This document shows, piece after piece, positions 37,126-41,421 of a DNA stretch of 41,421 bases. Position numbers and translations under genes: made by a program. Source of the stretch: Hydrurus foetidus. Lineage: Eukaryota. The stretch is taken from contig UYFQ01000855.1 of assembly GCA_900617105.1 (NCBI GenBank), forward strand, positions 1 to 41,421, given 5' to 3'. Under the pieces are notes generated by a model. The model had not been told where the DNA came from. It made no database searches and saw only the letters and a program-made list of their open reading frames with translations. Within the stretch, counting starts at the first letter, position 1; each line of letters opens with the position of its first letter.

Positions 37126-37438
37126 TTCGAATCGTTCACATTCACTGCATATTATCACAGTACAGATGATTCACATTCATCACAGTACAGATTATTTGTC
37201 CGGTTGTCGGTGCGATTGATCTACGAAAAATTCTCAGGTCGGATTCCTCTGTGGAGTTTTGATTTATTATTACGGATCCGTGCGCACGATCGTCCAACCC
37301 CGGCATGACCATAAAACAGAGGCGTTTTTCGTACCGAGGGGTACGAAAAACCTCTTTTTTGTACCGCTGTGATCTTCAGTCTACCTTTCCGTACCACTGT
37401 GAGTGTCGGTCTACCTTCTCGTACCTGCGGTACGAGCT

Positions 37439-38304
37439 TTATGGTACACATGCAACAGTGTACAGATAAGGACTTAAGTAATCTAACAAAGCGGAAATAC
37501 ATGCCTCATCGTCAGATGAGTGTCCTCTAATTCTGCCGACAGTTACTCCAGGCTCTTTAGAATTTTTAAATCTAACAGCAAAAGGTCCTATACAAAAGAA
37601 ACAGTAGTAGTAAGTGTGTTGGAAATTATGAGATTCACAGTAGAGCTTAGAACTGATCAGAAAGTATGTACGTTCAGTTTGGTTTGGTTTGGTTTACTGT
37701 TGAAGTTGTAGTTAGTTTAGTACTTACAGTAAGGCCTACATACCGTATACCGTATACATGCACATCTGATTCTTTATGGGAATGTGTTGACCCAAGAATC
37801 TCAATATGACCGTCAAATGATTGTTGTGAACCCTGATCGAGCGTTACCGTTCGGTTGCCGCAACTACCATATTTTGAAGTCAGATCATATTCAATAAACA
37901 AGTTACCGTTGAAACAACCTACTTTGTGTTGCAAGTCTAGGAAGAGAGCAAAATCTCGAGTTCTGATCTAATCGATCGTCCGTTTCGTCGACGGCGCACT
38001 CTCTGAGTTTCCTACATAATTGAATATTAAATCCAGTGGTTGGCTTTTGAGCGGCGCTGAGTGTCAACGATTTTGACGATTGGCTGCAGTACATTTTGTC
38101 TTCAACTGAGCTGAGTTCTGGGTCCAAAATTATCACCTGAGAGATCATTGTACTCGAATTGCTTGGAAGGCTGTCCGTTGCCAATTCGTACTTTCGTGAG
38201 ACAGATTTTTTTATTTTCCAGTAGTTGTCTACCGCGAGAGCTTCAGGTATTATTTTAAGATTCAAGAAATTAGCTCCAGCGGCAAAATCAGAAACTGTCG
38301 TCAT
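37439..38304 (-). CDS. Hypothetical spliced protein
   Basis: Exons 38304-38016, 37936-37751 and 37587-37439 join in frame through GT-AG introns, but the second donor (GTATAC) is weak. No recognisable domain. Confidence 0.35.
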
Positions 38305-38423
38305 CAAAATTTATCTTCAATTCGGCAAGGCTAACAACTTTCAACTCTTGAAGACTTACCAACTAAATCACCGTTCCATAGAATTTGGCTTTCAAGCAAA
38401 TGTTATCAAGAATAACGTCCCAT

Positions 38424-41421
38424 TGTGACCCGCACACCCGTACGGGCTGTACGGGTACAGGCGTAGGTTCGGATCGGATCGAGGACGATCCGATCCACCC
38501 GATTCATTGCCATGATACCTGCTGTGTTTATCTGTAAGCTAACCACATTGTTATTCATAGCAATAGCTCTCCCAGCTTCCTTTCCCTCGCTCCCGCTCCC
38601 AGCTGACCCGCTCCCAGTGCCCAGATCCTGGCAAGGCCACAATACCGGTATTTGGAACCAGCTAGCGATCTCTAAGATCCAAGTTGACCAAACGTCCAAA
38701 CCAAAAATCCCGCAACGACCGTAAAACAGTCTGAGCAAACAAGTTGAGTAACTCTCTAAGAGTGAAAACCACCCGAAACGCTACTACAAAGGTCTCATCA
38801 ACGCGACAGCCTCTGAATCGTAGTCAAATTGGTGATATATTCCCAAAATATCGTGCAGCTCTTCTACGCGAAGGCTTACGAAGGAAAGGAACTTGCAAGC
38901 AAGTAACACCTCCCAAACTCGTTCACGAACGAAACCCAACGCGCCCACGCCCAGCTTCGTACCTTACGAAGCCGCCGCCCACGTCCAAATTTTGTTGCGA
39001 TTTCCTCCCGAAATCGCACCAAACCATTCCAATCCCCCTGACTCCTACTACCACATCCTTTACCTACTATTCCTCACACTCGAAGAACCTACTCCTCTTT
39101 TCCCTGAATCACCGCGTCCGCGTCCCGTCGCTGTCCAAGACGCAGAGTTCCAGTGAGAATTCCACGCCAAGTTTTCAAGATGGTTAAGGCCCAAAAACCC
39201 AAGAAAGAGAGCTCTAGCGAAGCTAGCTCGTCTTCCAAACGCTCCAAACCCCAAAATATCCTCTTCCTATCGGATAAAGAGAAGGCTAAACTCGAGCGTC
39301 TCGCTCGAGAAGACAATATAGCCAACTCCATGAAGACGCTGGGCAAATCGGCTATCAAAGCCTCGAGCACCCATACGCGCATATCCGACGAATTGGCGGC
39401 AAACGAAGCACGCTTCCTGCAGCTACAGCAAGAACGTGAACGCAATCGCGTGCGACTTGAGGTGCTGCAGAAACAGGCTGACAACAGATCTGATCTCGAA
39501 GATCAAGAACTAAAAGACTTGTCAGCCTGGATGCAAGAGACAAATGACTTACACAGTCTAATCCCTCAGTCAGATGAGGATGGCTCTCCAATCCGACCCC
39601 AAACCGAAGAAGAAGAGGATATCAATCTTTCTCAAACGGAAGAGGGCGACGATAAAATCGGTACCAAAACATCTCCGAAGGAAATTCTCTCCGACGATGA
39701 TAACGTCTCGGTGTCTAACAACGCCTCTGAAGAGGCGGAAGACGAACAATCCAATGACGAGGAAGAGGAGGAAGACAACAACCCTGACGATACCAAGTCC
39801 AAATCGGACGAGGAAGATCAAAGTGAGTTGGAAGCGTCAACCCCGCCGTCACCAAAACCGAAAAAGAAAAAGGCTATGCCAATCAAACCCCTAGCCAAAA
39901 CAAGGGAGGCAAAACCAACTTCTGCCGTCCAATCTGAAGACAAACCCACGCGTGCTACCAGATCCAAAACGTCCAAAGCAACGGTAGCAGCTGCAAAGAA
40001 GCCAGCGACAGCTTCCACGAAAGCGGCTGCCACTTCAAACCGCAAGCGCAAAACCGAAGAGGCCAACACAACCTTCGAACAACAACGAACACCCCAAGCA
40101 CTCACAACTTCCCTCATCAACATGAAGGAAGTGTTCTATGTAACACGTGAGACATTACTGAAGGACATGGACGGCACAGCCCGAAAGTTCTATACACAGG
40201 CGCACCGCCCTCAGTTTAATGCACCTTGGAAGGATCTCATCGAAGACGAAGCTGTCCATGTGATCCGAGACAGTCTGCTTCAAAATCGAAAGACTCTCGG
40301 ATACACAATCAAAATGTGTCAAACCTGGCCCATCATCGACGACAAACTCCTGTCCATTCGCGACATGGCCACCGATCTCAAGAAACTCTTCTTCAGTGAT
40401 CGCGCCACAGAGTCTACCTATGACTTGGACCTTGCCCTGAAAAACTGGCAAATGAAGATCAAATGGCAAAACCCAAACGTAGAGTTGGCGGCAATTGCAC
40501 GACTCCGAGACATCCTCTTCGGATACTACGGCAGCTACGACAATATCCCTGCAGACCGCCAACATGAGATCTGTAAGATCATCTACAAAAAGCTCCCTCT
40601 TGATAATAAGTTCACTGAAAACTTCATGAACATTACAAAGGACAAAACAAGAAACAACAAGAAAGATTCCATCCCAAACATGTTGTGCCGAATGAATCTC
40701 TGCCTCAGTGAAGCTCGGCAAACAGTTATCAACGCGTCCAACATGGGTGGTCTTCGTTACGACTTCGAGACCAAAATCACTCCCGACACATTGTCGTCCA
40801 GCAACATCACGCAGCTCTCCGCCTCCTACCGCACAATACCCAAACGCGAATCCGACGCCTACCCAGGGTTGAGCAAAACAGTCGAAACTTGCCACACCTG
40901 CGGTCGCGCAGGACACAATCGCTACGATTGTCGCAATTTTATGAACCCTCATTGCAACAACACGTGCTGCACGTGATACCAATCCACGATGGCTACAGAG
41001 TTCAGGAGAATTGGCCACGACCAATTCGTCCCAAACGTCCTACTAAATGGCGAAATGACCAGAACGACCAACAATCCTGGCGCGGCAACATACGTCTATC
41101 CCACAGATGACGTCGAAAACGACATGGGTCCCGCCGCAAAAGACGACCCTCGCAAGTCCAACAACAACAACAACAAGGAAGCCAACAACAACAACAACCG
41201 TAACAACGACCAGTCCAACCGCGACAACGACCGCAAAGACAATCGCGACAACGACCGCAAAGACAACCGCGACACCGATCGCAACGAAAATCGCGATACT
41301 CGCGACATCAAAGACCGCGGGTACAAAGGAAAACGTGAGTCCAAAATTCCGTATGCGGAAAATATCTCGGAAACTCGTATTTTGCCAAACATGCAACTGC
41401 TTTTATCAACAATCATACCCA
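38424..41421 (+). mobile_element. 5' portion of a probable Ty3/gypsy-type LTR retrotransposon, truncated by the window end
   Basis: Starts TGTGAC, then about 750 bp non-coding with hairpins, then a long gag-like ORF. No second LTR or pol in the window, so superfamily and boundaries are inferred. Confidence 0.5.
39180..41421 (+). pseudogene. gag-like ORF with acidic/basic N-terminus and CCHC zinc knuckle; single internal TGA
   Basis: CHTCGRAGHNRYDC (CX2CX4HX4C). The frame stays open after TGA 40974-40976 to the window end and includes N/D/R-rich 24-bp repeats. Confidence 0.7.

Overview
Eukaryotic, TE-rich nuclear DNA with short GT-AG introns. A stramenopile/chrysophyte-like source is inferred only from the diatom CoDi-type copia elements and intron style. 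Host genes: RRP5 (5 exons, minus), a YghU/Nu-class GST (4 exons, plus), an ankyrin-repeat gene with one repeat per phase-0 exon (minus), and a weakly supported hypothetical spliced gene. Most of the window is nested transposons. (1) A pogo-like DD35D DNA transposon (about 8103-17732) has a dead transposase but an intact, spliced, convergent HIRAN-domain cargo gene. (2) Copia-1 (8126-13637, TSD CGGCT) appears to sit in that element's left end. It has an in-frame UGA at the gag/pol junction, a (TTAGGG)3 tract where gag changes frame, and two diverged antisense tRNA-Tyr-like plus structured-RNA modules downstream of RNase H. (3) Two MITEs and a possible solo LTR follow. (4) Copia-2 (25008-35817, TSD CTCGA) has its 5' LTR split by a MULE (25215-30747) whose transposase carries a CW-type zinc finger exon inside the DDE domain. 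(5) The 5' part of a probable Ty3/gypsy element runs off the window end. Domain calls are motif recognition by eye; no database search was run.
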